Shown: positions 19,762 to 30,292, counted from the first letter of the stretch. The stretch: DNA of 64,000 nt from Arenicellales bacterium (GCA_965219265.1 OZ244730.1:3047767-3111766); one strand, 5' to 3'. Program-made: numbers and translations. Notes: a model not told the origin generated them from the letters alone.

Positions 19762-20208
19762 ATGGACTTAAGAAAAATACGTAAACTCATTGAAATATTC
19801 AATGCGTCCAAACTCAGCGAGATCGAAATCCGCGAAGGCGAAGAATCCATTCGGCTGACCCGTACGCCGGTGATCGTAGCTGATCACCAGCTATCCCATA
19901 CAGCAACCCCAGCGATTGAGTCTTCGGTGCATCTAGAAGACATCCAAGAGGATGATGACGAGATGGATGACACGTTCCCAGTGTTGTCACCTATGGTCGG
20001 GACTTTCTTTTCATCTGCATCACCTGATACCGACCCGTTCGTGAAAGTTGGTGATCAAGTCGAGTTGGGGCAGCCGCTATGCCTCATTGAAGCCATGAAA
20101 CTTTTCAATTCGATTGAAGCGGACCGAAGCGGTACCATTGTGAAAGTGTTTAAGGAAAACGGAGATCCGGTGGAATTTGGTGAACCGCTTTTCCTTTTAA
20201 GTGAATGA
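19762..20208 (+). CDS. accB: Acetyl-CoA carboxylase biotin carboxyl carrier protein
   Basis: Biotinyl-lysine motif EAMKLFNSIEAD. Position is conserved upstream of accC. Confidence 0.95.
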   Translation: MDLRKIRKLIEIFNASKLSEIEIREGEESIRLTRTPVIVADHQLSHTATPAIESSVHLEDIQEDDDEMDDTFPVLSPMVGTFFSSASPDTDPFVKVGDQVELGQPLCLIEAMKLFNSIEADRSGTIVKVFKENGDPVEFGEPLFLLSE

Positions 20209-21545
20209 TCGATAAAATTGTCATCGCCAATCGGGGCGAAATTGCGCTTCGCATACTTCGTGCGTGTCGCGACCTCGGCATAGCAACTGTCGCACTGCAT
20301 TCTGAAATTGATCGGGAAGCCAAGTACGTAAAGCTAGCGGACGAATCAGTCTGCATCGGCCCCGCAGCCGCTGCGCAGAGTTATCTGAACATTCCAGCGG
20401 TCATCGCGGCTGCGGAAGTTACCAACGCCAACGCCATCCATCCCGGTTACGGATTTCTCGCTGAAAACGCGGATTTCGCAGAACGTGTTGAGCAGAGTGG
20501 TTTCATATTCATTGGCCCGCCACCGGATGCAATTCGCACAATGGGGAATAAAATCGAAGCCATTCGAACGATGACGAATGCCGGGCTGCAGTGCGTGCCC
20601 GGTTCCGACGGTGCACTTGGAGACGACATAGACCAAATCAAAGCTCAGGCGATGAGCGTTGGCTATCCGGTGTTGATTAAAGCGGCCGCAGGCGGCGGCG
20701 GCAAAGGTCTTCGTCTGGTTCAGGACGAGTCGCAACTGGAAAATGCTCTATCCATGTCGCATAGCGAGTCGAGTCTGGGTTTTGGGGATGCAACGCTGTA
20801 TCTGGAGAAGTTTCTCCACAATCCTCGGCATATTGAGATTCAGGTTCTAGCGGACAAGTTCGGAAATGTAGTTCACTTGGGTGATCGTGACTGTTCGATA
20901 CAGCGACGCAGACAAAAACTGATCGAGGAAGCACCTGCTTTCAACATCAACAGCGAGGTGAGGCAGGAACTAGGGCGCAAGTGCGTAGCCGCTTGCAAGG
21001 AGCTTGACTACTTAGGAGCTGGAACGTTCGAGTTTCTATATGACGGAGAAGAATTTTTCTTTATCGAAATGAATACACGGGTGCAGGTCGAGCACACCGT
21101 TACCGAACTTATAACCGGAATTGATATTGTCAAGGAGCAAATTCGGATTGCAGAGAACGAACCACTAGCCGTGACACAGGATCAGATTCAAATTCAGGGC
21201 CATGCAATTGAATGCCGAATCAATGCGGAGCACCCTGAATCCCTGATACCTTCGCCAGGAGTAATCCGACACTATCATCCGCCTGGAGGGCCGGGTGTTC
21301 GAGTCGATTCACATATTTACAGCGATTATGAAATTACACTTCACTACGACTCCCTGATCGCTAAGGTCATCACGTATGGACGTGACAGAAACGAAGCTAT
21401 TGCCAGAATGAAGGGCGCTCTTGAGGAAATGCTGATTGATGGTGTGGATACGACAACATCGCTCCATCAGCTTATTCTGTCGAAGAAGAAATTCCGCAAG
21501 GGTGTAGTCGACATAAATTTTCTCGAACGAATATTAGGCCATTAA
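20205..21545 (+). CDS. accC: Acetyl-CoA carboxylase biotin carboxylase subunit
   Basis: IVIANRGEIALRILRAC..., an ATP-grasp region and 446 aa. Overlaps the accB stop. Confidence 0.95.
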   Translation: MIDKIVIANRGEIALRILRACRDLGIATVALHSEIDREAKYVKLADESVCIGPAAAAQSYLNIPAVIAAAEVTNANAIHPGYGFLAENADFAERVEQSGFIFIGPPPDAIRTMGNKIEAIRTMTNAGLQCVPGSDGALGDDIDQIKAQAMSVGYPVLIKAAAGGGGKGLRLVQDESQLENALSMSHSESSLGFGDATLYLEKFLHNPRHIEIQVLADKFGNVVHLGDRDCSIQRRRQKLIEEAPAFNINSEVRQELGRKCVAACKELDYLGAGTFEFLYDGEEFFFIEMNTRVQVEHTVTELITGIDIVKEQIRIAENEPLAVTQDQIQIQGHAIECRINAEHPESLIPSPGVIRHYHPPGGPGVRVDSHIYSDYEITLHYDSLIAKVITYGRDRNEAIARMKGALEEMLIDGVDTTTSLHQLILSKKKFRKGVVDINFLERILGH

Positions 21546-21552
21546 AGAGTCA

Positions 21553-22410
21553 GTGAGATATTCTGGCTGGACGAATATTGTCGTTGATTGCCTTTTCGAG
21601 TGTGCGAATGCAGTTGCTGAAATTCTCGAAGAGCGTGGTGCTTTGTCCGTCTCCATACTTGCTGCGGACGAGCAGGCTCGAACCACTGTAAGCGGGATGT
21701 TTGATACGGAATTTACGATCGGAGATTCGCTCTATCAAAATCTCGAGCCACTGCGCCAGGACGATAGTCGATTTGCCATAACCTCAGAACATCTAGAAGA
21801 TCGTGACTGGGTGCGGGAGGTACAGCAAAAATTCAAGCCTCTACAAATCAGCGAGCGGCTTTGGATCATCGCGCCTTGGCATCAAATTGAAGTCCGTAGA
21901 GCCAGCCAGGTCACCATAAATCCTGGAATGTCGTTCGGTACCGGGCAACATGCAACGACTCGAATGTGTCTTGAGTTTTTTTCTGAACTGGAACTTAAAG
22001 GGTGTGATGTCATTGACTACGGTTGCGGCAGTGGAATTCTGGCAATTTCAGCATTGGTACTTGGAGCTGAGTTCGCGTGGGGCATCGACATTGATCCTGA
22101 CGCGGTGGTAGAGAGCACGGTGAATGCTGAGCGCAACGGTGTTCAAGACCGCTATTTGGCGTTGGTGCCGGACAAGGTTTCTACGGACATAATTGCCGAT
22201 GTCGTTGTAGCGAATCTTTTTGAAAATGCGCTGTTGCACTTGACCCATCAATTGACGGAAATGACGGCACAGGGTGGTTGGCTGGCACTGTCCGGAATTC
22301 TTACATCACAGGCCGAGAGAGTCAAGATTCACTACGCAGACTCGTTTGATTTTTCTCTGCGATGCGAGAGGGAGTGGGCGCTACTTGTCGCTCGCAGGAA
22401 GATCCAGTAG
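21553..22410 (+). CDS. prmA: Ribosomal protein L11 methyltransferase
   Basis: FGTGQHATTRMCLE and DYGCGSGILAI SAM motifs. Position downstream of accBC is conserved. Confidence 0.9.
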   Translation: MRYSGWTNIVVDCLFECANAVAEILEERGALSVSILAADEQARTTVSGMFDTEFTIGDSLYQNLEPLRQDDSRFAITSEHLEDRDWVREVQQKFKPLQISERLWIIAPWHQIEVRRASQVTINPGMSFGTGQHATTRMCLEFFSELELKGCDVIDYGCGSGILAISALVLGAEFAWGIDIDPDAVVESTVNAERNGVQDRYLALVPDKVSTDIIADVVVANLFENALLHLTHQLTEMTAQGGWLALSGILTSQAERVKIHYADSFDFSLRCEREWALLVARRKIQ

Positions 22411-22610
22411 CAAATTTGCAGTTTGGTTCGCGTAGCAACGGCCTTAAAAACACCAAGCCTGCGATTGATTTGATGAATGCCGATGCTTAAGTCCGTGATG
22501 GCTATAATTGATTTTCTAACAATCGTTGCAATCAGCATTTTAGTAAATCGCTCTAGCTCCACTTATAACCGTACATTTCTCCAGTTCAGACTCGCACCAG
22601 TAGAATCTTT

Positions 22611-23813
22611 ATGGATTACGATGCTATTTTTACAGAATCCATAGCTCGCTTGAAAGCGGCGGGCAACTATCGCGAGTTCACGGACCTCGAACGGCACGCT
22701 GGCGAATATCCACGAGCTACAAACCATTCGATTGGTCGAGAAATTACGATTTGGTGCAATAACGATTACCTTGGCATGGGCCAGCATCCGGATGTAACGG
22801 ATGCAATATGCAAAACTGTGCGCGAGATCGGCGCCGGTGCCGGCGGCACCCGCAATATCGCGGGAACCAGTCATCCATTAGTCGAACTGGAAGCGGAACT
22901 CGCAAGTCTGCACAATAAAGAGGCGGCACTGGTATTTACCTCCGGTTATGTAACAAACTCTACCGTTTTGAGTACCCTCGGAGGTATTCCCGAGATGGTG
23001 TTGTTTTCAGATTCCCTCAATCATGCATCCATGATTGAAGGGGTTCGCTTCGGCAAGTGCGAAAGGCATATTTTTCGTCACAATGATGTCGAGCATCTGG
23101 AAGAACTATTGGATGGTGTTGATATCAATCGCCCCAAACTGATCGGATTCGAGTCGGTCTATTCGATGGATGGAGACATAGGTCCAATCAAGGAAGTCTG
23201 TGATCTGGCTGACAAGTACGATGCGATAACCTATCTAGATGAAGTTCATGCTGTCGGCCTGTATGGGGAGACAGGCGGTGGTGTCGCTGAACGTGAAGGT
23301 TTGGCCGATCGAGTTGATGTGATTCAAGGCACGCTTGGAAAGGCATTCGGTTTGATTGGCGGATACATTGCGTCAAGCGCGCTATTGGTTGACTTCATCC
23401 GTTGTTTCGGTAGTGGCTTCATATTTACCACTGCAATGCCTCCTGCTACAGCCGCAGGTGCTGTCGCGAGCGTACGGCATGTCAGAAAGGACATCCAACG
23501 CCGAATTAAGCTTCATCGCAACGTGAACACGCTCAAATCCCAGTTGCGGGATGTGGGTTTGCCTCTGATGGAAACTCCTAGTCACATTATTCCAATAATG
23601 GTTCGAGACCCCAATCTGTGCCGTGAAGCGAGCAATCGCTTGTTGCACAAGCACGGTATTTTTGTGCAGCATATCAATCACCCTACAGTTCCCCTCGGTA
23701 CCGAGAGATTGAGAATCACGCCGACACCGTTGCATACTGATGAAATGATCCATGAACTCGTAGAGGCGTTGATTGACGTATTTGATGAACTTGGACTAAG
23801 AGGAAACGAGTGA
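22611..23813 (+). CDS. hemA: 5-aminolevulinate synthase (Shemin/C4 pathway)
   Basis: Full-length similarity to alphaproteobacterial ALAS: MDYD...[67 protein letters not shown] (PLP lysine). Confidence 0.9.
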   Translation: MDYDAIFTESIARLKAAGNYREFTDLERHAGEYPRATNHSIGREITIWCNNDYLGMGQHPDVTDAICKTVREIGAGAGGTRNIAGTSHPLVELEAELASLHNKEAALVFTSGYVTNSTVLSTLGGIPEMVLFSDSLNHASMIEGVRFGKCERHIFRHNDVEHLEELLDGVDINRPKLIGFESVYSMDGDIGPIKEVCDLADKYDAITYLDEVHAVGLYGETGGGVAEREGLADRVDVIQGTLGKAFGLIGGYIASSALLVDFIRCFGSGFIFTTAMPPATAAGAVASVRHVRKDIQRRIKLHRNVNTLKSQLRDVGLPLMETPSHIIPIMVRDPNLCREASNRLLHKHGIFVQHINHPTVPLGTERLRITPTPLHTDEMIHELVEALIDVFDELGLRGNE

Positions 23814-23879
23814 GACGAATCCGTTTCGCTGGAGTACGGTTTCGTAGGCTTAGGCAGATTATTTACTCTCCTGCAAAAT

Positions 23880-24926
23880 ATGGAATTTTGCATTCAGCTG
23901 TCCGCTGATTATCCAGACAAGTCTTACGGCGGTGACCGAGTTTACCGCGACATGCTTGATCAGGCGGTGCTGGCGGACAAATTAGGATTCGAGTCCATTT
24001 CGATGACTGAGCATCATCTGATCAACTGTTTGATGATGCCGGCCCCGTTGCAGTTTGCTGTCAAGATTGCAGCACATACCCAATATGTGAAAATCATTAC
24101 TTCGGTCGTAGTGCTGCCTCTGCACGACATGAGAGTTTTTGCAGGGGAGATTGTTGTTGCAGACATTTTCACCGAGCAAAGGTTGCTGCTTGGCGTAGGT
24201 CGAGGTGCTTATAAGTTTGAGATGGAACGTCTTGGGGTCCCAATCGTTGAGACACAGGAACGATTTGATGAAGCACTTGAGGTGCTGCAGGCGCTTCTTT
24301 CCAAGGAAGAGGTTTCGTGGAACAGCAAGTTCTACAAATTCGACCCACTTACGATCATGCCGCGCCCGATTCGAATCGGCGGTCCGCCGATGATGGTGGC
24401 GGTGGTAAATCCGGCCAACGTCTATAGCTATGCAAAACGCGGGATGCACATTCAGACGACTCCTCTTTCGGGCAATCAGGAATTGTTGCTGAAACAGGTT
24501 GAAAATTTCAGACTCGCTCAGAGTGAAACACAGAGCAATGGCGATGATCTCACTCTGACACTGTCTCGTGTTGCATTCGTTTCCCGCACTGATCGTGACC
24601 GGCGCAGACACATTGAAAAGGCTTATTCATACTACAGTCGTTTTGACAACATTTTTACTGGACCAGGAATTGTAGATGCGGGGATGATTCGCCCTCTTCC
24701 GCGCGGTCAGACAATGGAAGAACTCGCTGAAAATCTCCTTGTGTGTACAGCGGCGGAAATGGTTGACAAGCTCGCGCCGTACGCTGAACTCGGAATTGAT
24801 CGGATGGTGCTAAATATCAATTTCGGAGTCGGTCAGTCGGAGACTCTGGATTGCATACAGAATTTCAGTGAAGAGGTCATGCCGCATTTTCTTGAAAGTC
24901 TAGCATCCGAATCGGAAGCCCGCTGA
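23880..24926 (+). CDS. LLM-class (luciferase-like) flavin-dependent oxidoreductase
   Basis: 348 aa. GFESISMTEHH and general LLM family resemblance. Confidence 0.65.
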   Translation: MEFCIQLSADYPDKSYGGDRVYRDMLDQAVLADKLGFESISMTEHHLINCLMMPAPLQFAVKIAAHTQYVKIITSVVVLPLHDMRVFAGEIVVADIFTEQRLLLGVGRGAYKFEMERLGVPIVETQERFDEALEVLQALLSKEEVSWNSKFYKFDPLTIMPRPIRIGGPPMMVAVVNPANVYSYAKRGMHIQTTPLSGNQELLLKQVENFRLAQSETQSNGDDLTLTLSRVAFVSRTDRDRRRHIEKAYSYYSRFDNIFTGPGIVDAGMIRPLPRGQTMEELAENLLVCTAAEMVDKLAPYAELGIDRMVLNINFGVGQSETLDCIQNFSEEVMPHFLESLASESEAR

Positions 24927-24933
24927 GTGAAGC

Positions 24934-25251
24934 AGGGAGAATACTTGCTTTGGTCGCAGGCAAAACTGAAGTGAAGAATATCAATCAAAGTTCAGCCAGA
25001 CACAATGTTGATGATGCAATTAACTGCACATTCAGCATTGAGGGTAACGGTCTTCATCTGTAACTCGTTCACGGTATCGGCGCGGCTAGAAATGCCTGGC
25101 GATATTTGCTCCCGGTTCTGAACAAAATTTTACAGTCGTTACTTATGACTTGCGAGGGCATGGAGAATCACCGATTCCCGATGGCGAATTCGGATTGGAT
25201 GAACTTGTCAACGACTTGGAGCGTGTGCGAGAGAAAACGGGAATCGAACGC
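24934..25251 (+). pseudogene. Degenerate duplicate of the upstream region plus first ~100 codons of the hydrolase gene at 26404
   Basis: Aligns colinearly with 26387-26706, roughly 85% identical by eye. It contains an in-frame TAA (ctt cat ctg taa versus cct ccg ctg ttt) and a 1-nt deletion. Similarity stops abruptly after GAATCGAACGC (25251). Confidence 0.85.
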
Positions 25252-25502
25252 AACCCGAGACGGGGTCAGAGTGGCTTCATCACCACCTTTCTGTGTTTCA
25301 CTCTGAGCGCGGGTGATCGACGAACCGAAGATGGCGGTCTTCAGCGGTTACTTTCTGGTGCGCGGCGAAAGGTGTCGGGTGGCCAAAGGAGGGATTACGA
25401 GGGGATTTGAGGTCAACGTACCCCGATGCCCAACGAAATTACTTACATTATTGCGTTAAGTAAGGCGTTATTGTATATTGTAAAGAGATTGGAGGTGTTG
25501 CC

Positions 25503-25736
25503 ATGCTTGAATCTACGGTAACGAAGAAGGGACAGACCACACTCCCCAAACCTGTGCGAGAGACGCTGAGCGTGCAGGCCGGTGACCGGGTGCGCTATGT
25601 CATCTTCGACGGCGGAGTACGCATACTGCCCGTGCGGCCCATCGGTCGGCTGTTTGGCGTGCTGAGACACGACGGCCCGCCCATCACCGTGGAGCAAATG
25701 GAGCAGGCCGTGGCCGATGGGGCGGCTGAGGGATGA
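25503..25736 (+). CDS. vapB: AbrB/MazE/SpoVT-fold type II antitoxin (VapB-like)
   Basis: MLESTVTKKGQTTLPKPVRETLSVQAGDRVRYV is the SpoVT/AbrB looped-hinge motif. A 4-nt ATGA overlap links it to the PIN gene. Confidence 0.85.
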   Translation: MLESTVTKKGQTTLPKPVRETLSVQAGDRVRYVIFDGGVRILPVRPIGRLFGVLRHDGPPITVEQMEQAVADGAAEG

Positions 25737-26128
25737 TCGCACTCGATACCAACGTCCTTGTCCGCTATCTGGTGCGCGACGAGCTGCGGCAGGCGGAGGC
25801 CGCTCGCGGCTTGCTGGAGTCGCTCACCTCCGAGCGTCCAGGCTATGCCTGCCGGGAGGTTGTGGTCGAACTCGTCTGGGTGCTGGAACGGGCCTACGGT
25901 TTTCCACGTGACCGCATTGCGACGATCCTGGAAGAACTCGTGGCGACCGAGGGTCTTGTCATCGAGGCCGCCGACGATGTAGCCCGGGCCGCGTTCCGGT
26001 ACCGGGCAGGCGGCGCGGGATTCTCGAATCTGATGATCTTTGCTGCAGCTGAACGATCCGGAGCGCATCCCTTGTACACCTTCGATCAGAAGGCCGCACG
26101 GTTAGAGGGAGTCGAACTGCTGCGATGA
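25733..26128 (+). CDS. vapC: PIN-domain ribonuclease toxin (VapC)
   Basis: MIALDTNVLVRYLVRDE... with the acidic PIN residues. 131 aa. Confidence 0.85.
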   Translation: MIALDTNVLVRYLVRDELRQAEAARGLLESLTSERPGYACREVVVELVWVLERAYGFPRDRIATILEELVATEGLVIEAADDVARAAFRYRAGGAGFSNLMIFAAAERSGAHPLYTFDQKAARLEGVELLR

Positions 26129-26319
26129 AGACCGACAACGTGAAGACCAAACACGGCAGCAGCAACGTATTCGCCGACCTGGAACTCCCGGATGCCAACA
26201 CACATCTGTTCAAGGTCGCCAAACTTCTCGGGCTGTCTCAACCCGATGTGTCCCACCTGCTACGCCTTACGACAGTGCTCGGGTACTATGGAAGCTTCGT
26301 CAACGCGACTAGGTCCTAA
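26125..26319 (+). pseudogene. Remnant of an XRE-family HTH (HigA-like) gene
   Basis: GSSNVFADLELPDANTHL and AKLLGLSQPDVSHLLR resemble the ends of ~95 aa XRE antitoxin-like proteins. The intervening helix and the C-terminus are missing. A 9-bp direct repeat GCGACTAGG occurs at 26307 and 26321. Confidence 0.5.
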
Positions 26320-26403
26320 GCGACTAGGACGGCTCAGTGTCAGATTGCAATTATTTCTGAAGCCGTTGCCAACCATTACGGAATTTAGGGTAACCTACTT
26401 GCT

Positions 26404-27243
26404 TTGGGCGCAAGCGAAACTGAAGTGAAGAATTCCAATCAAACTTCCGCTAGACACAATGTTGATGATGTAATTGATTGCACATTTAGCATTGAGGGTG
26501 ACGGTCCTCCGCTGTTTCTCATTCACGGAATCGGCGCGGCTAGAAATGCCTGGCGATTTTTGCTCCCGACACTGAGCAAGTATTTCACAGTTGTTACCTA
26601 TGACCTGCGAGGTCATGGTGAATCACCGATTCCTGATAGCGAATTCGGACTGCATGAACTTGTCAGTGACTTAGAACTTGTGCGAGAGAAAACCGGAATC
26701 GAACGCGCTCATTTTGCCGGACATTCGCTCGGTGGCATGATCGGACCTGCATATGCGCGCAGGCATCCTGATCGTGTGCTGTCTCTGGGATTACTATCGA
26801 CGGCGGCTGGAAGATCGGAAGACGACAGCAGAAATGTCTGGAAAGTGGTTCATGAAATGGAACAAAGAGGTATTCCGAACGTTTTGCCGACCCTGACTGG
26901 ACGGTGGTTCACTGATGACTTTGTCGCCGATAATCTAGACATTGTAGAAGTCAGACTGCAGCAGGTCATGGACACCAACGAAAAAGTGTTTATGAACGTA
27001 TTCAGGATTTATGCCGGTACCGAGATGTTGCCTTGGCTGCATGAAGTAAAAGCTCCAACACTCGTTCTGACTGCTGAAAATGATGGCGGCTGCAATCCTC
27101 GATTGAACCGATTAATTGCTGATGAATTGCCAAATTCAGAGTTGATCATTCTGCCAGGATATAAACACTCGATTTTGCTTGAAGCGGGTGCTGAAGTGGC
27201 TAACCAACTCGTTCGATTCATCAAGAATTCTGCTTCTTCATAA
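26404..27243 (+). CDS. Alpha/beta-fold hydrolase (3-oxoadipate enol-lactonase-like)
   Basis: LFLIHGIG, GHSLGG nucleophile elbow, and a C-terminal GYKHS motif. Confidence 0.75.
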   Translation: MGASETEVKNSNQTSARHNVDDVIDCTFSIEGDGPPLFLIHGIGAARNAWRFLLPTLSKYFTVVTYDLRGHGESPIPDSEFGLHELVSDLELVREKTGIERAHFAGHSLGGMIGPAYARRHPDRVLSLGLLSTAAGRSEDDSRNVWKVVHEMEQRGIPNVLPTLTGRWFTDDFVADNLDIVEVRLQQVMDTNEKVFMNVFRIYAGTEMLPWLHEVKAPTLVLTAENDGGCNPRLNRLIADELPNSELIILPGYKHSILLEAGAEVANQLVRFIKNSASS

Positions 27244-27310
27244 CTCCGTGACTCGGGTTGGAAGAAGAGCAAGAATCGGATTGTCGGAAACTAAACTCAA
27301 TGATTAGGAT

Positions 27311-28231
27311 GTGAGAATGTACGCTCCTGTCTCCTCTCACATGAATTTTCACATTTGGGCGATGCTCGTTGTGCTCTCCATACTGTGGGGTACATCATTC
27401 ATTTTTACTGAAATAGCTCTCGAAGATATTCGTCCCTTGACGATAGCAACGCTTCGGGTCAGTGGTGCTACCTCGGCACTATGGATTTATCTCTTGATTA
27501 TCGGAGCCGAGATCCCCCGAAGTCTCAGTATCTGGGGTGCGTTCCTGATTATGGGGATTGTGAACAATGCTATTCCTTTCGCTGCCATCATGTTCGCGCA
27601 GACGTTGATTTCGGCTTCACTGGCATCGATTCTGAATTCGACAGCACCCTTGTTTACTGTTGTTTTGGCGGGCATACTGCTTTCTGATGAACGAATCACG
27701 ACGTCACGAATATTCGCCGTGATTTTGGGTTTTGTCGGCGTTGTCGTCATGATTGGCCCGCCTGCTCTACTTGGAATCGGAGCTGATGTACTTGCCCAGT
27801 GCGCGGTTCTTGGAGCGTCAATTTCCTACGCGTTTTCGGCAGCTTTCGCTCGACGATTCAAAGCAATGGGCCTGCAACAGAGCGTGCTTGCAGTCGGGAT
27901 GTTGACCATGTCTTCTTTGTGCCTGGCTCCTGTTGCACTTTTCTTTGATCGACCGTTCACGCTGGATGCCCCTGGGTTTTCAGCGATTGCAGCGGCCGCT
28001 GGAGTCGCGCTTCTTTCGACTGCGTTGGCATATATTCTGTACTTTCGTATACTCGCCGCAGCCGGAGCTACGAATCTGCTACTGGTTACATTTCTGATTC
28101 CTGTTTCAGCGATTCTGCTTGGTGTGAACTTTCTCGGTGAATCGCTGAATCTGAGTCAGATTGCTGGAATGTTTCTCATTGGATTGGGGCTCGCTGTCAT
28201 GGATGGTCGGATTTTCAAACGACGCAGTTGA
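27311..28231 (+). CDS. DMT-superfamily (EamA-like) transporter
   Basis: 306 aa with ten hydrophobic segments in two EamA-type halves. Confidence 0.75.
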   Translation: MRMYAPVSSHMNFHIWAMLVVLSILWGTSFIFTEIALEDIRPLTIATLRVSGATSALWIYLLIIGAEIPRSLSIWGAFLIMGIVNNAIPFAAIMFAQTLISASLASILNSTAPLFTVVLAGILLSDERITTSRIFAVILGFVGVVVMIGPPALLGIGADVLAQCAVLGASISYAFSAAFARRFKAMGLQQSVLAVGMLTMSSLCLAPVALFFDRPFTLDAPGFSAIAAAAGVALLSTALAYILYFRILAAAGATNLLLVTFLIPVSAILLGVNFLGESLNLSQIAGMFLIGLGLAVMDGRIFKRRS

Positions 28232-28438
28232 ATGAATGCTAATGGAAAAGCCTCAATTTGACGTACTGCAATCACACGTCAATCCGATTCAAAACTACAA
28301 TACCGTTACTATGGATGAAATTAGGGTTGTATTAAAAATCTCTGCAGGCGCAAATTTTCAATTCAGCGGTAACAGGTAATTGACAGATTATTGCAGAAAA
28401 ATTTGGAATTGCTGCGTAGATTTATCCCAAGGTAGAAA

Positions 28439-29476
28439 ATGACAATTCAGAAAGCACTTGCTCCCGAATGGTATGTTGATCCTTCAATTTACCAGAAGGA
28501 AAGAAGCTTGATATTTGAATCGGCCTGGTGGTTGATGGGGCCGGTTCACGTTCTTTCCCAGCCTGGAGATTATTTGTGCGACACTATTTGTGGATGGCCA
28601 GTGTTTGTACTGCATTCCGGTGATGGAGAGTTCCGAGCTTTTCTGAATGTGTGTCGTCACCGGGGTGCCAGCCTGCTGCAAGTCGGCCATGGCAATGTTG
28701 ATTCAATCCGGTGCCCGTATCATGGCTGGTTGTATGACGATCTCGGCAATCTTCTGAAAGCACCGCGATTTGGTGTAGACCTGGATGACTATTGCGAAGA
28801 CCTTGCTTTGCGTCGCATCGACCTTCATGTCTGGAACGAACTTGTTTTCGTAAAAATCAATCCCGACGACGGAAAGGATTTCAACGAATGGATTGGAGGG
28901 GTGGCTGCCCTGAGCGAGTCCTTTCCTTCACCCGCCGATCTTGGGTACCATGGAGAATTCACCGTGACCGGTGAACTTAACTGGAAAGCGTACTGCGACA
29001 ATACGGTCGAAGGGTACCATCTCAATCTGATTCATCCTCGGCTCGGAAAAGCGCTTGCCGGCAGTGCCGCTGAGCTAATCTCTGTAAACAATGGCCTTTC
29101 AGTGGTATTTGATGTCACTCACGGCAGCGCTGGTGGCGGACAAGGACTTCGAGGCCGCAAAGGAATGTGGATATATCACTTTCCGGGATTACAGCTGGTT
29201 CTGGGTGAGAAAGTTTTCAAAGCCGAAAGAGTCGAATCTGAAAGTTCAAACCATGTTCGCTCAAAGAACTGGGCATGGTATTCAGGACTGAACCCGGAGG
29301 AAAGAGAAGATGCGTTCCAGTGGGCGAAACAGATCGTGGAAGAGGATTTTGGAATCTGCAGCCAAGTAACGCGAAACATGAGGGCAGGTTCGTATGTACC
29401 GGGTCCGCTATCTCCTGTTATGGAAAATCATGTGGCGAGATTTCAGGAGATCATTCTGGACTTGCTGAACGACTGA
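28439..29476 (+). CDS. Rieske [2Fe-2S] non-heme-iron oxygenase alpha subunit
   Basis: Rieske motif CRHRGASL...CPYHGW and a catalytic region with EGYHLNLIH. Confidence 0.8.
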   Translation: MTIQKALAPEWYVDPSIYQKERSLIFESAWWLMGPVHVLSQPGDYLCDTICGWPVFVLHSGDGEFRAFLNVCRHRGASLLQVGHGNVDSIRCPYHGWLYDDLGNLLKAPRFGVDLDDYCEDLALRRIDLHVWNELVFVKINPDDGKDFNEWIGGVAALSESFPSPADLGYHGEFTVTGELNWKAYCDNTVEGYHLNLIHPRLGKALAGSAAELISVNNGLSVVFDVTHGSAGGGQGLRGRKGMWIYHFPGLQLVLGEKVFKAERVESESSNHVRSKNWAWYSGLNPEEREDAFQWAKQIVEEDFGICSQVTRNMRAGSYVPGPLSPVMENHVARFQEIILDLLND

Positions 29477-29545
29477 ACCATACTATGGTGCCGGATTTCA
29501 CTATATTTGGCTATTACAGATTACCTGATCTGGAACTTAAATCGT

Positions 29546-30292
29546 TTAGCGACCGCCGGTGACATCCAAAATAGTTCCGGTGCAGTACGACGATTTGTCG
29601 GACAGCAGCCAAAGAATTGCTTCTGCAATTTCTTCTGGGAGCCCCATCCGCCTCATGGCAATGGTATTTATCATTCGTTCGAATCGTTCGCTGTGCCCTT
29701 CGCCATAGTTCATTTCCGTATTGGTGAATCCGACGCGTACTGCGTTGACCCGAATGTTTTCGCTAGCAACTTCCTTGGCAAGCCCGATAGTGAAGGTATC
29801 AATCGCGCCTTTAGAGGCTGCATAATCCACATAGTCGTTTGGGGATCCTAACCGAGCAGCACCTGAGGTGTTATTAATAATTGAACCGCCGCTGCCGCCC
29901 CTGGAGACAGACATTCTTCGAATGGCCTCTCGGGCGCATAAAATTGCTCCAACAACATTGACTTCAAATATTCGCTTGATTCGATCAACGTCATAATCTT
30001 CGACTCGAGACAATGGCGCAATAATTCCAGCGTTGTTGACGAGTGCGGAAATTGTGCCGAAACGGCTGTCAATTTGTTCAAACATATGCACGACTTGATC
30101 CTCTTGCGAGACATCCGCTTGCAGGGCAATGGCTTCGCCTCCCATTGCTTGAATTTGTGCAACGATTTGCTCAGCCCTATCTTTCCGTTCTCGAAAGTTA
30201 ACGGCAACACGATAGCCGTTTTGCGCTGCTAATAAAGCAGTTGCAGCGCCGATGCCTCTGCTGCCACCCGTTATCAGTAAGGTTTTTTCCAC
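29546..30292 (-). CDS. SDR-family oxidoreductase
   Basis: TGGSRGIG cofactor motif and a YAASK catalytic motif. Confidence 0.85.
   Translation of the reverse strand: MEKTLLITGGSRGIGAATALLAAQNGYRVAVNFRERKDRAEQIVAQIQAMGGEAIALQADVSQEDQVVHMFEQIDSRFGTISALVNNAGIIAPLSRVEDYDVDRIKRIFEVNVVGAILCAREAIRRMSVSRGGSGGSIINNTSGAARLGSPNDYVDYAASKGAIDTFTIGLAKEVASENIRVNAVRVGFTNTEMNYGEGHSERFERMINTIAMRRMGLPEEIAEAILWLLSDKSSYCTGTILDVTGGR

Noticed and set aside
25236-25256. tRNA T-arm-like GTTCGATTCC on the minus strand, exactly at the left island junction (possible tRNA-type att site).
   Set aside because: The same string occurs in the intact hydrolase gene copy, where it encodes ...GIER..., and no acceptor or anticodon arms can be built around it. 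It is not a tRNA gene.
25441-25495. dif-like or IMEX-like AT-rich element (GGCGTTATTGTATATTGTAAAG) inside the GC-rich insert.
   Set aside because: It matches the dif arms (GGTGCGCATAA / TTATGTTAAAT) poorly and is not at a junction. It is more simply the vapBC promoter/operator.
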